A DNA stretch of 64,000 bases from the NCBI GenBank assembly GCA_964187785.1, contig OZ076409.1:58282001-58346000 (forward strand). The letters run 5' to 3'. Under the pieces are notes generated by a model, which had not been told where the DNA came from, did no database searches, and saw only the letters and a list, made by a program, of their open reading frames with translations. This DNA is from Amphiscolops sp. MND2022 (lineage: Eukaryota). Positions 40,001 to 51,994 of the stretch are shown in pieces. The stretch's first letter is position 1, and each line of letters opens with the position of its first letter. A program made the position numbers and the translations under genes.

Positions 40001-40321
40001 AAGCAATGAATCAAAAGGCTAAAAGTACTCAAAAAACAAAAGAACCGGCTTTTGTGAAAAGTTTGAATTTTCATTTTGCCGAAAATGCGAAAGGATGAGC
40101 ATTTGGTGAAATGAAAAAAAAATTTCAGTGCCGAAAAACTCAGGCGAGAACTTTTGATCCCTTGCAGTTTAGAAGTTGAAGTAAAAGTGTAAAATATTCT
40201 AGTCGAACGTTTTGGTCTTTGTTGGTACTCTTTGATGATGGGCGTCAAGTCTGTAGAAAATTCTGCGTGCGATCTGTCATTTGGCGAGAAAATTTAGACA
40301 TGGTAGGCGTCGGGCAGCTTT

Positions 40322-41053
40322 TTCAGTCGGCGCTTTTCTTTGGAAAAGAGCTACTTTAGTCATGGCTTTCCGTCAGTTATACTCGATACACCTGAACTGT
40401 CCCAAATAGTTTTACCAAAAGTTCTCAAATTTTAGCATTCTCTTTTTGGCCATCTACATACTACGTTTCAACTGTAAATGAGTCCCTTTCGACAATAACG
40501 CAACCCATACCGGCTTTAACGTTTTTTGGAGAATTTTTTAAATGTTACTAAAGGGTCGCCTTTCGGTTTTTAGGATATTTACAAAATCATAGTTGACACA
40601 AAATCATTTGAAGCTAAATGATCCCCCTTTGGATTTGTTTTCAGTATTGTGAGACCTTATCATTTTTCAACTTAACCGGTCAGCTGTTTTATTCTCAATA
40701 CTTTATCATAGTTTGTTTAAGCATTTCTCGACTCTGTGCGTCTTTTTCCAAAACTTTCATTTGATCAAAGGGTACCCTCCCTCTTTCATAGCTGATTTCG
40801 GCTCGAGAAAAGGTAGTTTTGCGAGCTGAAAGTTCCTTTTCGGCACTGAGATTTTTCCGGAAAAAAAATCGAAAAAAGGTTTTTTGTTTTCAGTCTTGGA
40901 AATGTGGTTCACGAGTCTTATGTGTATCCTTTGGGGTATTTTTCGGCACTGAGATTTAGAAACTGATAAAAGTTTGAAAACAATGGCTTTTGCATATTCA
41001 AGAAGCTTAGTTTTTTGAAACTTGAGCGAGGCGCCGACTTGGGCCCGGCTTAT
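40322..41053 (+). mobile_element. Diverged Helentron-like family A copy
   Basis: TTCAGTCGGCGCTTTTCTTTGGAAAAG start; GGCGCCGACTTGGGCCCGGCTTATT end. Confidence 0.55.
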
Positions 41054-41582
41054 TCAAAAAAAGTATCTGCTCGCATAGTGAATGGAACGACGCTTTTGAC
41101 ATCTCTCATGCTATTGGGAACTACCGAAATTGTTTCTGTGCGTAAAAAAACAAAGGTGATTTCTGATTTTTTAAAAAGAAGGGCAACTTTTCATTTTTTT
41201 TTACAGAAACAAAGCGTTTTGCGCAACCCTAAACCCCCTTAGATTTTTTAAAAGATTTTTTTTAGCTTCTGTGTTTAGGAAAAACCGTTTTCCTAGTCTA
41301 ATGGGCGACCTCTTGTTTCTTTTCATTTTCCGTATTTAATTGTGAGATAAACGTGTTATGCTAAAATGCAGCTTCGATTAAGTACGGCTTCAAATTCGAA
41401 ATAACATTCTTGTAAAATATACACTCTTGAGTTTTTAGCAGTTCAGTCGGTAAGCATGAAGTGCCGCTTTTATTCGAGTACGGTCATCAATAATCGATTG
41501 TGGATATTTTTCTAATGATTACAATTTACATCCTGTTAATAAACTGCTTTTCTAAAAAGTCCTGTTTAAATTTTTTCATCAG

Positions 41583-42006
41583 GACCGAAATCCGGCCATG
41601 AAAACTGGGGACTTCGAAGTGGTGGTCGAAAAGGTCATATTCCACAACCCTGCAAAGGCCTTGCCATTCAATATTTCGAAACCTCAGTCAGCAGTAAGAG
41701 AAAACGTGAGACTCCAATACCGATATTTAGACATTAGAGGAAAAGAAATGCAAGAGGCGCTGAGACTCCGATCTTCAGTCATTCATCACATGCGCCGCTT
41801 TTTGGTGGAACAACTCCATTTTGTGGATATTGAGACCCCCACTTTGTTCAGAAGTTCTCCTGGAGGGGCAAGAGAATTTTTGGTTCCTTCTCAACAGCCA
41901 GGTCACTTCTATGCCCTAACGCAGAGTCCTCAGCAGCTGAAGCAACTACTCATGGTCGGGATGGTTGACAAGTACTTCCAAATTGCGCGCTGCTACAGAG
42001 ATGAAG
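41583..42006 (+). CDS. DARS2: DARS2 coding exon 3
   Basis: MKTGDFEV, RLQYRYLDIR, FVDIETPTL, PGGAREFLVPS, LTQSPQQLKQLLMVG and YFQIARCYRDE. Confidence 0.95.
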
Positions 42007-42749
42007 GTTTGTTTATAGCCATAAGTTATGACATTTTTATTTTGGAATACTTTTGGAAAACAATTGAAGCATGTTTGAACCTATATTTTGTCTTGAGTTG
42101 ACGCAATTTAGGTGTAAAATTTTACGCAAAAGATTGCGCAATATCGAAGTTTTTCACGGAAGAAATTCCTGGGCCTGTTCATAACTATTACAATGTCATT
42201 TCTGTTCATATAGTATGTGCTTTCTCTGTGAACACCAAGATTCGGCTACTCGGTAATATTCCTGCATCCTCGATGCTGAATAAGACATAGTAGCTGGGGC
42301 TAGCCCAGTTTCTGGTCAATGCAAATGTTTTTTTAAATACATTTTCTGTCCGTTGATGCTGAGCTTGCAAGTTTTGAGAATTTGCGCGGAAAATTGCTCA
42401 AATGGAACGAATGTTTAACAAAAAACCTGTCTTTTAGTCTGGTGTTTAATGCAGCCTATCATCTTTCGGAATTATTCATAGTAACAAAGAAGAAAATGTC
42501 TTCGGGAAATCTGTTCAATCAACATCTTTAAGGCCGCTGGTATGTTGGCATGGCTTCGTGTCACCAACTTGTAAATCTTTAGTTGCCGTGTCATCGCTTG
42601 TCATGTTTCTTCCGAAGAACGTTTTTATTTTTACGGCTCCAACTCGTATTTGTTGTCAAGAGATCTTTGGTAATAATCTGTCGGTGTAGTTGGTCAAGTA
42701 GCGAATTTTCCAACTTCACGGGCTGAACTGTTTTCTCTTGGCGTTTCAG

Positions 42750-42920
42750 GCCAGTTTTCTGATAGACAGCTGGAATTTACTCAGTTGGATCTGGAAGTTA
42801 GTTTCCAGTCTAAGGACTTCATTCTGGACACAATCGAGAAGCTAATTGTGGCAAGCTGGCCCCCTCACTTACGTTCCAAAACACCATCTATTCCTTTTCC
42901 TAGACTGAATTACGAAGAAG
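42750..42920 (+). CDS. DARS2: DARS2 coding exon 4
   Basis: DRQLEFTQLDLEVSF...PFPRLNYEE; acceptor TTTCAG and donor GTTAG are phase-compatible; absent from the ORF track. Confidence 0.9.
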
Positions 42921-43961
42921 GTTAGATATTAAATATCCGTATTTCTACTTATATTTCATGCCCTTGCTTTTGCATTTTTGGTTCAAACATTTGCTCCCGG
43001 AGAACAAAAAAAACAAGACGAGATATTTTCCGCCCCGAACTGTTCTACAACTACATAAATTTGAAGCTCAAGAATAACTAATGCACTATAAAAACGCTCA
43101 GAAGTTCGAAGAAAAGAAAGCTTCGATTCATCTTTGCGCAGTTTTGAAGGAAACACCTTTCTTTTAGTATTTCTGCGATAGGTGGCCAGTTGTCGTATTT
43201 TCGGCACTATGCGACTTACCGAGTGAAATTTTTCATTTTTTTCGAAAACAATTTTCGAAAAATATTTTTTTTGCAATTTTTAGTTTTTCAGGTTTTCTGT
43301 GAAAGAAATAAGTTTCCCAAGTCTTACGGGTGACCTCTTTATTACTTTTAATCATGTGGAACTGATGAAGTTTCTTATTGACTGTTGAAAATACATCATT
43401 TCAGTTTTTTTCGGCTCTGTGCCTCTTCCCGAAATTTTCATTTGGTCAAAGCGTACCCCCTTGATTTCATAGTTGATTTCAACATTAAAAAGGTAGTTTG
43501 TGAGCTGAAAATTGTTCCGCCTTCAAAGGATTTTACCGAAAAAATCGAAAATATGGCGTTCTGAAAATCTTGTTGGGAAAAAAGTGGTTTCCGAGTCTCA
43601 GGAGTATTCATTGGGATTATTTTTGGTACTGAGAAAATGGTATAAGCTCGAAACTAGGTCATTTGCAAGTGTAAGGAACTTGAGCGGTCCCAGGTTAGTA
43701 TATTTTTGAACATATTTCCACCAAAAGTGTCAAAAATTGGAAATTTTTCCGACAACTTTGGGATCAATTTGAGGAACTTTTCTAACATGAATCTACAGTT
43801 CCTTTCCTCGAAGAATTATCAACAAGTATAGATTTTGCGATCGTTGAGAATAAACCAATCACCTTGATGGGTGATTATAATCTGGACTATTTAGTCAAAA
43901 ATGAGAAAAAATTGTCTAGACACAATTATTATCCCATATGGCTTGAGCATTGTAAATACCC

Positions 43962-44045
43962 ATCACACGACGCGAACTTATCATCACACTACGCGAACTT
44001 ATCATTACACGACGCGAACTTTTCATCAAACGACGCGAACTTTTC
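43962..44045 (+). repeat. About 21-bp tandem repeat (4 copies) in the LINE 5' UTR
   Basis: ATCACACGACGCGAACTT-type units repeated head to tail. Confidence 0.8.
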
Positions 44046-47000
44046 TAACACACGGCTGCTTGCTTGAAATGCAAAGATTTTAATTACGTAACACCACCAC
44101 TGCCAACAATTGAATAAACTTGACACTGCAAACTGGAATTTATTTCAAAATGTTAACACTAGAAACCTGGAACAAACTTTCGGAAGCTGAAACTTACCAA
44201 ATTTACAATGAATTGTGTCAGAAGGAAGACCAGACATTATCGTTGCTGTTAGAGAAGATGGAGCAAACCTCAAAACTGTTAGTTAACGTTACCAATTATC
44301 CTGAAAATGGAAAGAACTTAGAGGAGAAAAAGAAGAAAAAAATCAGAAACAATCTCGTGAATTCAAACCAATCAAAATAGGTGCCAATACACAAAACCTC
44401 GTCATTGGAAGCAGCATTATTGCGCGAATCCCAGAAAACAGTTTACCTGAAGATGTAGAAATTCACGCATACAGGGGCTCAACAACTGTTGAAAAAATTG
44501 ATACCATCAAGAAATACGGGTTACCGACTTGCACTTTAAACAGTGTAACCATTCAAGACGCAACCAATGCCATATTAAAGTCTCCTGAAAAAACGATTCC
44601 CGAATTGGTTGAAGAATCCCTACAATTGATAGAAAGTACATAAACACATTTTAGCGTTGAAAAGATCTTTTGGTGCGAGGTGCCGCCCATTAGAAATCTC
44701 GAAAATAATGCAGAACTGAACGGAAAAAAAATTATTTAACGAGAGTATGGAACAGGCCCTTGTGAGCCATACATGTGTTGAAATTATACGACTTCATCAA
44801 CAAATCAGAGCCTTGGAAGATAAAAGAGAAATGTATTTCGACAACATCCACTTCAATCACAAGTTTGGGCTTCCAATTAATAGGAACTGTATCCTCAAAA
44901 GCCTTATGCCTTTCTCGACAAACATCCCCCGTATGAATGCTACGACAAACTTTGAAAAACGAAGGTTCTACAACAATCAATCTTCACGTGTATTTCATGA
45001 TACTACTTCATATCGCAGTCCACGGACCTGGCAAACTCACTCTCGATATCATCCACAAACTTCATACAACTATATGGGTGGCCAAGTTTAACAATTGGAA
45101 GTCAGTGTGGTACGGAAGCCATTATGAACAATGTACGAATGTACCTGATAGTTCTTCTGGTTCTATCAGGGTTCGACAATGATCCTGAAAACAAAGGAAT
45201 TTATTTCCTCTACCTGAATAAAACTACCCTTTTTCGAATAATAGCTCCAACATTTGAAAACAATAAAAGAATTTATGGGTTGAAATATAGAAATATAAAA
45301 AAAAACAATTTTATAAGAGAATCTTTTTAGGACGTCTCATCCAACAAAAAATAGCCAGGTGTGGGGATATTGAATCTAATCCTGGTCCAAACAAAAGTTT
45401 GATATACAAATCTTTATGCCAAATTGCCAAAAAAAACTCAAACAGACTGAAGTTTTGTCATATTAACTGCCAGAGTGCAATCCAAAAGAAAGCACAACTC
45501 ACAACAATGCTTCAAGATCTTGGAACTAACATCATATTCGCACTCTCTGAGACATGGCTGAAAGAGATTGACGATTTCTAAACTCTGGGAACTGAACAAT
45601 GAAGAAGTCAAAACTTTCAGGTGTGATAGAAATCGAAAGAAAGATACTCTTTGTGGAGGTGTTATGATATTTGTTCCTCGGGTACTCAACCCAAAACAAC
45701 GCCCTGACTTGAACTATATGAACAAAGATAGTTTCGAAAGTATTTGGATTGAATGTAATATGAGTAACGTCCAGAGTGACAAAAATAAACAGTTAATTGA
45801 TGTAAGTTATAATCCGAAAAAAAACTTGATCGTACCTTTCCTCGAAGAATTATCAACAAGTATAGATTTTGCGATCGTTGAGAATAAACCCATCACCTTG
45901 ATGGGTGATTATAATCTGGACTATTTAGTCGAAAATGAGAAAAAATGTCTAGACACAATTATTATCCCATATGGCTTGAGCATTGTAAATACCCAAAACC
46001 CCACTAGATTCGGTTAAAACAGTAAATCGTTAATTGATTATATCATCAGTGATCTACCTGGCATCGACACGTGCGACACATTCGTTTCGAACACACCGCT
46101 AAGAAACCGTAATGGAAAAGAAATTGACCACAGAGCAGTATTCATGATAACTAAATCACAAATGAAAAAACATAACTCTGTGAGGATTAAAAAAATATTT
46201 GGCAAAAAGACATTACAACGTGAAAAATTACGCAGTCTACTACACAATAGCCATTGGGAAAATTTTTACGAACAACCTTGCGGAGAAGTACAATTCACAG
46301 TTTTCACTAGCATTATTGAATCTGCGATCAAAAAATTCATCAGGAAAAAAGTTGTTTTTATTCGGAACGACAAAAGTGAATTAACGATACACGAAAATTG
46401 GGTGAAAAACGAAACAAAAAAACTTTGAGAAAATCAAAATGAACATGAACCCGAATGACAACCAATATCAAGAGTTGCAAAATGAACTTGTTGAAAACCT
46501 ACAAAAAGACAAATTCGTCTATCAAATAAATACTTTCAACAATCTCACATCGGAAAAAGACAAGTGGAACTTCATAAACGAAGCCCGAAACTCTCTGAAA
46601 ACAAAAACTGAAATCGTTAGCCTAAAAAATTCTTTTGGTGATCTAGTCACAAACCAGAAACAAATAGCGAACTTGCTTAATTACCGATTTTCAAAATTAG
46701 GCGACTATTTAGGCGTTAAAAGAATGTATACGTCTCCCATACCTAAACCACCTGGAAGAAAGTCATTCAGATTTCAACCCATAAACATCCTCGAATTGAA
46801 AAAAAAACATATAAAATCCCTAAATGTAAACAAACCTCTAGGTCCTTCCAATATACCAGCTTGGGTTTTAAAAGATTGTATGAACATGATTGCGCATCCG
46901 CTCTGTTACATGATTAATACCTTCATCAGTGAGAATAAGTTTCCAACACACCTTAAACAAGCTTTTGTTGTACCAATTTTCAAAAAAGGAGATACAGAGG

Positions 47001-48088
47001 ATCCGTCCAATTACTGACCTATATCAATTACTCCTGCTCTTGCAAAGGTCTTTGAAAAAATACTGCAGCAACAAATGATTGAATATCTGGACAAAAGCAG
47101 GATATTTAGCTCGTTACAATTTGGTTTCAGAAAACAACTCTCAACAACAGATGCACTACTTTATGCGACTGAAAAAGTCCGGAAAAAAATTGATGCAAAC
47201 GAAAACGTTACTGCTGCATTCATTGATTTATCTAAAGCATTTGATTCGATGTCACATGCAATTCTACTAAAAAAAACCTATCGGAACTTGATTTCACTGA
47301 TGAAGCTGTTTCAATGATTAAAAGCTACCTCAATGAACGAATTCAAAAAGTTACGCTATCTACTTGCGAATCTGATTGGATTCAGCTTTATCAAGGTGTT
47401 CCACAAGGGACTATTTTAGTGCCTCTTCTCTTCAATATCTATGTTAATAATATTATTGAAAACATTGACAATTCGTGCAATCTTGTGCAATTTGCAGATG
47501 ATACCATGATTTTCACATCTAACAAAGATGTATATGACTCGTTGAAAGCCCTCGAGAAAAATGTTCTTCATCTAGAACGCTATTTTGAAAGTCACCTACT
47601 CACAATAAATGCCAGCAAAACCGAATTTATTGTCTTCAGTAAACCTCACAAAAATCGAGTGATGGAAAATTTGAAACTCGAAGTGAAAGGCCAGTTCATT
47701 AAAGCTACAAATTCCATCAAATATCTAAATATCTCGGTGTGTATCTTGACAGAAATTTAACGTTTCAAGAGGAAGTCAAGCATGTACCACGTAAAATAGC
47801 CTGTGGTATCAAAACCATCGTCTCAATCCGAAATTATTTTCCCATGAAAACTCGTCTTCTGCTTTTGAATGCTCTCGTTATCTGTCACCTACACTATCCA
47901 GCAATACTTTTGAATGGTATATCTGAAAACCTTATGACAACACTGGAAAAACAACTGAACTGGGCAATCAAAGCGTGTTTTAACAGAACTAAAATCGAAT
48001 CTTCTTCGGATCTAAAAACAAAACACAAAATTTTATCGGTTCGATATTTACTCAGGGCAAGATCTACTATCTACTACTGGAAGTATAG

Positions 48089-48643
48089 AACAAGCCGGGA
48101 ACGGCCCAAGTCGGCGCCATATCTAAGGCTCAAAAATAGCAAAAGGACTTCAAAGTGTCAAGTATTCTCTTCTACAGTACCCGCGTGAGGAAAAATTTAA
48201 AAAATCCGAATTTTTTTCATTTTTTTTGAAATTTTTTGGTCTCCGGTAAGTCGCATAGTGCCAAAAAATTGTAAAAGGGGCCCTTTGGGAGGTTTTGAAC
48301 GTCCATTCTTATGCAAAATAGAAAAAAAATGAAGGGTGGACCCTCTGGAGACATTAAAAAAATTTGCGAAAAAAGTCTCACAAAGCCGAAAAAACCTGCA
48401 CAAAAAAATTTGATCAAGGACGGGACTCGAACCCACGTCCTTCTGCTTGGCAGACCTCAAAAAGCCTAATTAACCTCTATGCCAAGTGCCAGCAGTGATA
48501 GCTAGCATTGCGGTTACTGTTAGTGCAGTTACTGTAAGTCAGCTCAGCTATTTATAACTCTTTATAAAATCTGTCAGTTCGTTGGTCTTAAAAAAAAGTC
48601 ACTACTATAGTCTGCGTTTTTCTTCGAAAAGCGCCGACTAAAA
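48089..48643 (-). mobile_element. Complete family A element inserted into LINE ORF2
   Basis: AACAAGCCGGGAACGGCCCAAGTCGGCGCC ... GAAAAGCGCCGACTAAAA; LINE frame YYWKYR resumes as KLIPAFLNELK...LNYTPK after it; no TSD beyond the A-run. Confidence 0.85.
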
Positions 48644-49849
48644 AAACTAATACCTGCTTTCCTGAATGAGCTAAAACTACCTACTGATGATGTTATAGGA
48701 CATAAAAGAACTCACTCACTTGCGTTGAACTATACACCAAAATCGCAATTTTTGTATAACTGTTTTTTTAAATCGATCATTCCAATTTGGAACACCTTGC
48801 CTATAAAACTGAAGACCCAGAACATTGTTCTGGACACTGCAAAACATAAGATCAAAAGTTTCTTCTTTGAGCGGATGGAAAGAGAATTGGATCAACCGGA
48901 GTATGAGAAAAAATGTTGGAGAAATTATCGTTTTAAATAAATGTATGAGTTTACTCTTCCCCCTAGTGTATTTAAGCTGTTTTGTTTTGTTTATTGCTCC
49001 TTTTTTTATTTCTTAAATTGCTACACTACCTTTTTAAACATGTTCATTGTATATGATTTTAAACAAGGAATTCAGTGTTTTTTTTACAGATGTCTCTTCA
49101 CAAATAGGCCTACTGGACACCGAGTTTAGTTGTTTATTGCTTACACCATTCTAACCCACGATATAGTTTGAAACATTTTCCTTTGTAAGGTGAACTCCAT
49201 ATCTAGTGATTTTGCTTGAAGCTTTTTTGAATATTTAATATTTGACATTAAGGTCGAAAGTTACGTTTTAAAGTAAAGTTTTTGGAAGTTGTGCGAATAA
49301 ACTTGTCTGATATCTTTTGGAAACACTAACGGTAGCTACACGTTTCAACCCCGAGCCTATGGATTTTCTGATTGAAGTAAATCTTCGGAAGGTGTCCAAA
49401 ATAGGTTAATGTTGTCGAAAATTGAGGAAAATCGGAACTTTTGACACCTTTGTTCTAAACTCGACTAACTTCATCCTACGTTTTCCCCAAATTGCGTTGT
49501 GAATACCCTTTTGTTTCAACGCTCGGGTCAATGGAAGTTCTATTCTACAAAAATGTTCATGGTTTGAACAAAATTTATGAATAATTTGTCAAAAAACGTG
49601 CGTTTTTGTTGTCAATTTTCCAATCTCAACAAGATTCACTGAAACTGTCAGAAATCAGCAATACTCTGACTTTTTCGACTTTTTGCGGTCAGCTCTGAGC
49701 CATATTTCACCCGAAGTCTGCAAGTATTTCTCTAAGGGCCGACTGAAATAAGCGTTCAATCTTTGTTGAACGTTTGTCATCTTTCTGAATCCAAAACGCT
49801 TCAAAATGTAGACATAGGTTGCTTAAAAACGATGATACTGAAAGCAAAA

Positions 49850-51450
49850 AAATGTTGGTGTTTTTGAAGCGAAACGCTGCAACGTTCTCTTCAAAAAATG
49901 TATTGCATAGCTCGTTCTTTCGTTGTTGAGCGTTATGGAACTAAAAATGAAGACTCTCGGGAATTGTTTGGAAGTTGCATCAAAAACGACAAAATCTTCG
50001 AATTTTTCGACTATTTCAAGGTCAATTTTAAGCATTTTTGAATTAGAAATTGATCTTATCTGTTGTCGAAAGCTTACAGAGACAACAACTTTCTCTTTGT
50101 TTATGGTTTTTAACATTCTAGTTCACAAAGTCTATCGATAGTTTGGGAATAATTGAACAAAAATGATGAAAAAAGAAAATTTTTGATTTTTTTTCTTTTT
50201 CGATGTCAATTCCAGACAGTTTTCATTTGAAAAACTGCATTTATCGTTCCACTAAGCATACGGGACAACATTTGTTCCTTGTTGACCGTTTCCAACATTC
50301 CAATCTCCGGAGTTTGTTGAAAATTTTTAAGAAAAACTGCATAGAACTTTGAAAATTGAAAAATTTTGGGATTTTTGTCAATTTCGGTGTCCAGTTGAGA
50401 ATTTTTCAATCAAAAAACTAAAACTATCTCATCCTTAACTACCGGATAACAAACTGCTACCTTGGAGAACGTTTTCAACATTCCAATGTACGGAGTCTCT
50501 CGAAATCGTGACAGAAATTGCATAAAAACATTGAAAATAGGAAAATTTTGGGTTTTTTGTCGTTTTTGGTGTCAATTTGAGACAGTTTTCATTTAGAAAA
50601 TAGCAATTATCTTTTTGGTAAAAGCCTACTGGACAGCTAATACGGGCCACTTTGACCGTTTCAACATTCTAATTAACGAAGTCTAACGAAATTTTGACAA
50701 AAATTGCATAAAATTGTTAAAAATCGGGAAATTTTGGAATTTTGGTCATTTATTGGGTCTATTTCCTCTCACAAAACCGCATTTATCTCTTCATAGAAAT
50801 CTATTGGACAACAACATCGTGCCTTGTTGAACGTTTGCAACATTCTAATTCGCGATGTCTATCAGAAAATTGACAAAAATTGCATGAAAACGGTAAAAAA
50901 TTTTGGAACTTTTTTTTCGGGGCCAATTGAGATGTTTTTCATTTGGAAAACTGCAATAAATTCTTCAGAAAAGTCTACTGGACTAATACTTTTCCTTGCT
51001 GACGCTTCTCAACATATAATCTACGAAGTCTGTCGAAACTTTGACAAAAATGCATTTAAAAATTTGAAAAATGGAAGTTTTGTGTTTTTTTTTGTTATTT
51101 TCGGTATCAATTTGAGACCTTTTTCATTTGGGAAAAACAATTCTTTTCTGAAAAGCCTACCGGACAGCAAATGCGTGCCATGTTGAGCGTTCTCAACAGT
51201 TTAATTAACGAAGTATGTCGAAAATTTGACAAAAATTGCTTAAAATTGTTAAAAATCAGAAATTTTTGGAACTTTTGTCATTTTCGGGGTCAATTTTCAG
51301 TTACAAAACCTCATTTATCTCTTCATAGAAGACTATTGGAGAATGAAGTCGTGCCCTGTTGAACGTTTTCAGCATTCTAATTCGCGGTGTCTGTCAAAAA
51401 AATGACAAAAATTCCATAAAAACGTTAAAAAATTGTGAAATTTGGGAATT
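49850..51450. repeat. Degenerate tandem array of about 180-bp units
   Basis: AAAATTTTGG-TTTTTGTCA-like landmark near 50360, 50541, 50728, 50897, 51072, 51259 and 51437. Confidence 0.7.
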
Positions 51451-51625
51451 TTTGTCATTTTCGGGGTCATTTGTCATTAAGGGGTCATTTTCGTCATTTT
51501 AAAAAAACTCCAAAAATATGTACAAATACATATCGCACGAAGCTAAATTTATGTGAGTTGAATTCTATGGGTAACACCCTTAAAATTAAATATAAATTAA
51601 TTCTTGGCAAATTTTGTAAGAAAAA

Positions 51626-51865
51626 AACAAGACGCCCGCGGACCAGCGGGATATTTTCCGCCCCAAATCATTTGAGCAACAAAATCGTTTTAAGTCCAAA
51701 AATTTTTACAAATACATATCGCATGGAACTAAATTTATGTCAGTTGAATTCTGTGAATGTACTTCTTCATATTACGTAAACAATAATTCTTGGCAAATTT
51801 TGTAAAAAAAAAACCGTTTGATTTAAATATTTTCCTTTCCCATATGAAATATGGGCGGAAAATAA
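51626..51865 (-). mobile_element. Short family B element nested just inside the 5' end of another family B copy
   Basis: AACAAGACGCCCGCGGACCAGCGGGATATTTTCCGCC at 51626; ATATGGGCGGAAAATAA occurs at both 51865 and 51924. Confidence 0.7.
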
Positions 51866-51994
51866 AAAAACCGTTTGATTTAAATATTTTCCTTTCCCAT
51901 ATATGAAATATGGGCGGAAAATAACAATCGACCAAAACAACTGCTAATGAATTTTGGAAGCGTCGCCCAATTCCTGGTTTTTTTCTTTTGTCAG

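Larger units (their letters stand above)
43801..49100 (+). mobile_element. Near full-length CR1/L2-like LINE: SGNH-esterase ORF1, 2A-APE-RT ORF2, inactivated
   Basis: ORF1 about 44120-45091 (LVIGSSI, DATN, DNIHFN); ORF2 with GDIESNPGP, LSETWL, MGDYN, IDLSKAFD, GVPQGTIL, FADD and IIPIWNTLP; multiple stops and frameshifts. Confidence 0.9.
43012..51924 (-). mobile_element. Long family B element filling DARS2 intron 4, with nested LINE, tandem array and self-insertion
   Basis: 43012-43135 is the inverted 3' part, and 51380-51625 plus 51866-51924 the inverted 5' part, of the element at 39548-40000; that both ends belong to one insertion is inferred. Confidence 0.55.

Noticed and set aside
43962..44045. 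CRISPR-like array
   Set aside because: Repeats are contiguous without unique spacers, the context is eukaryotic and there are no cas genes; it is a LINE 5' UTR minisatellite.
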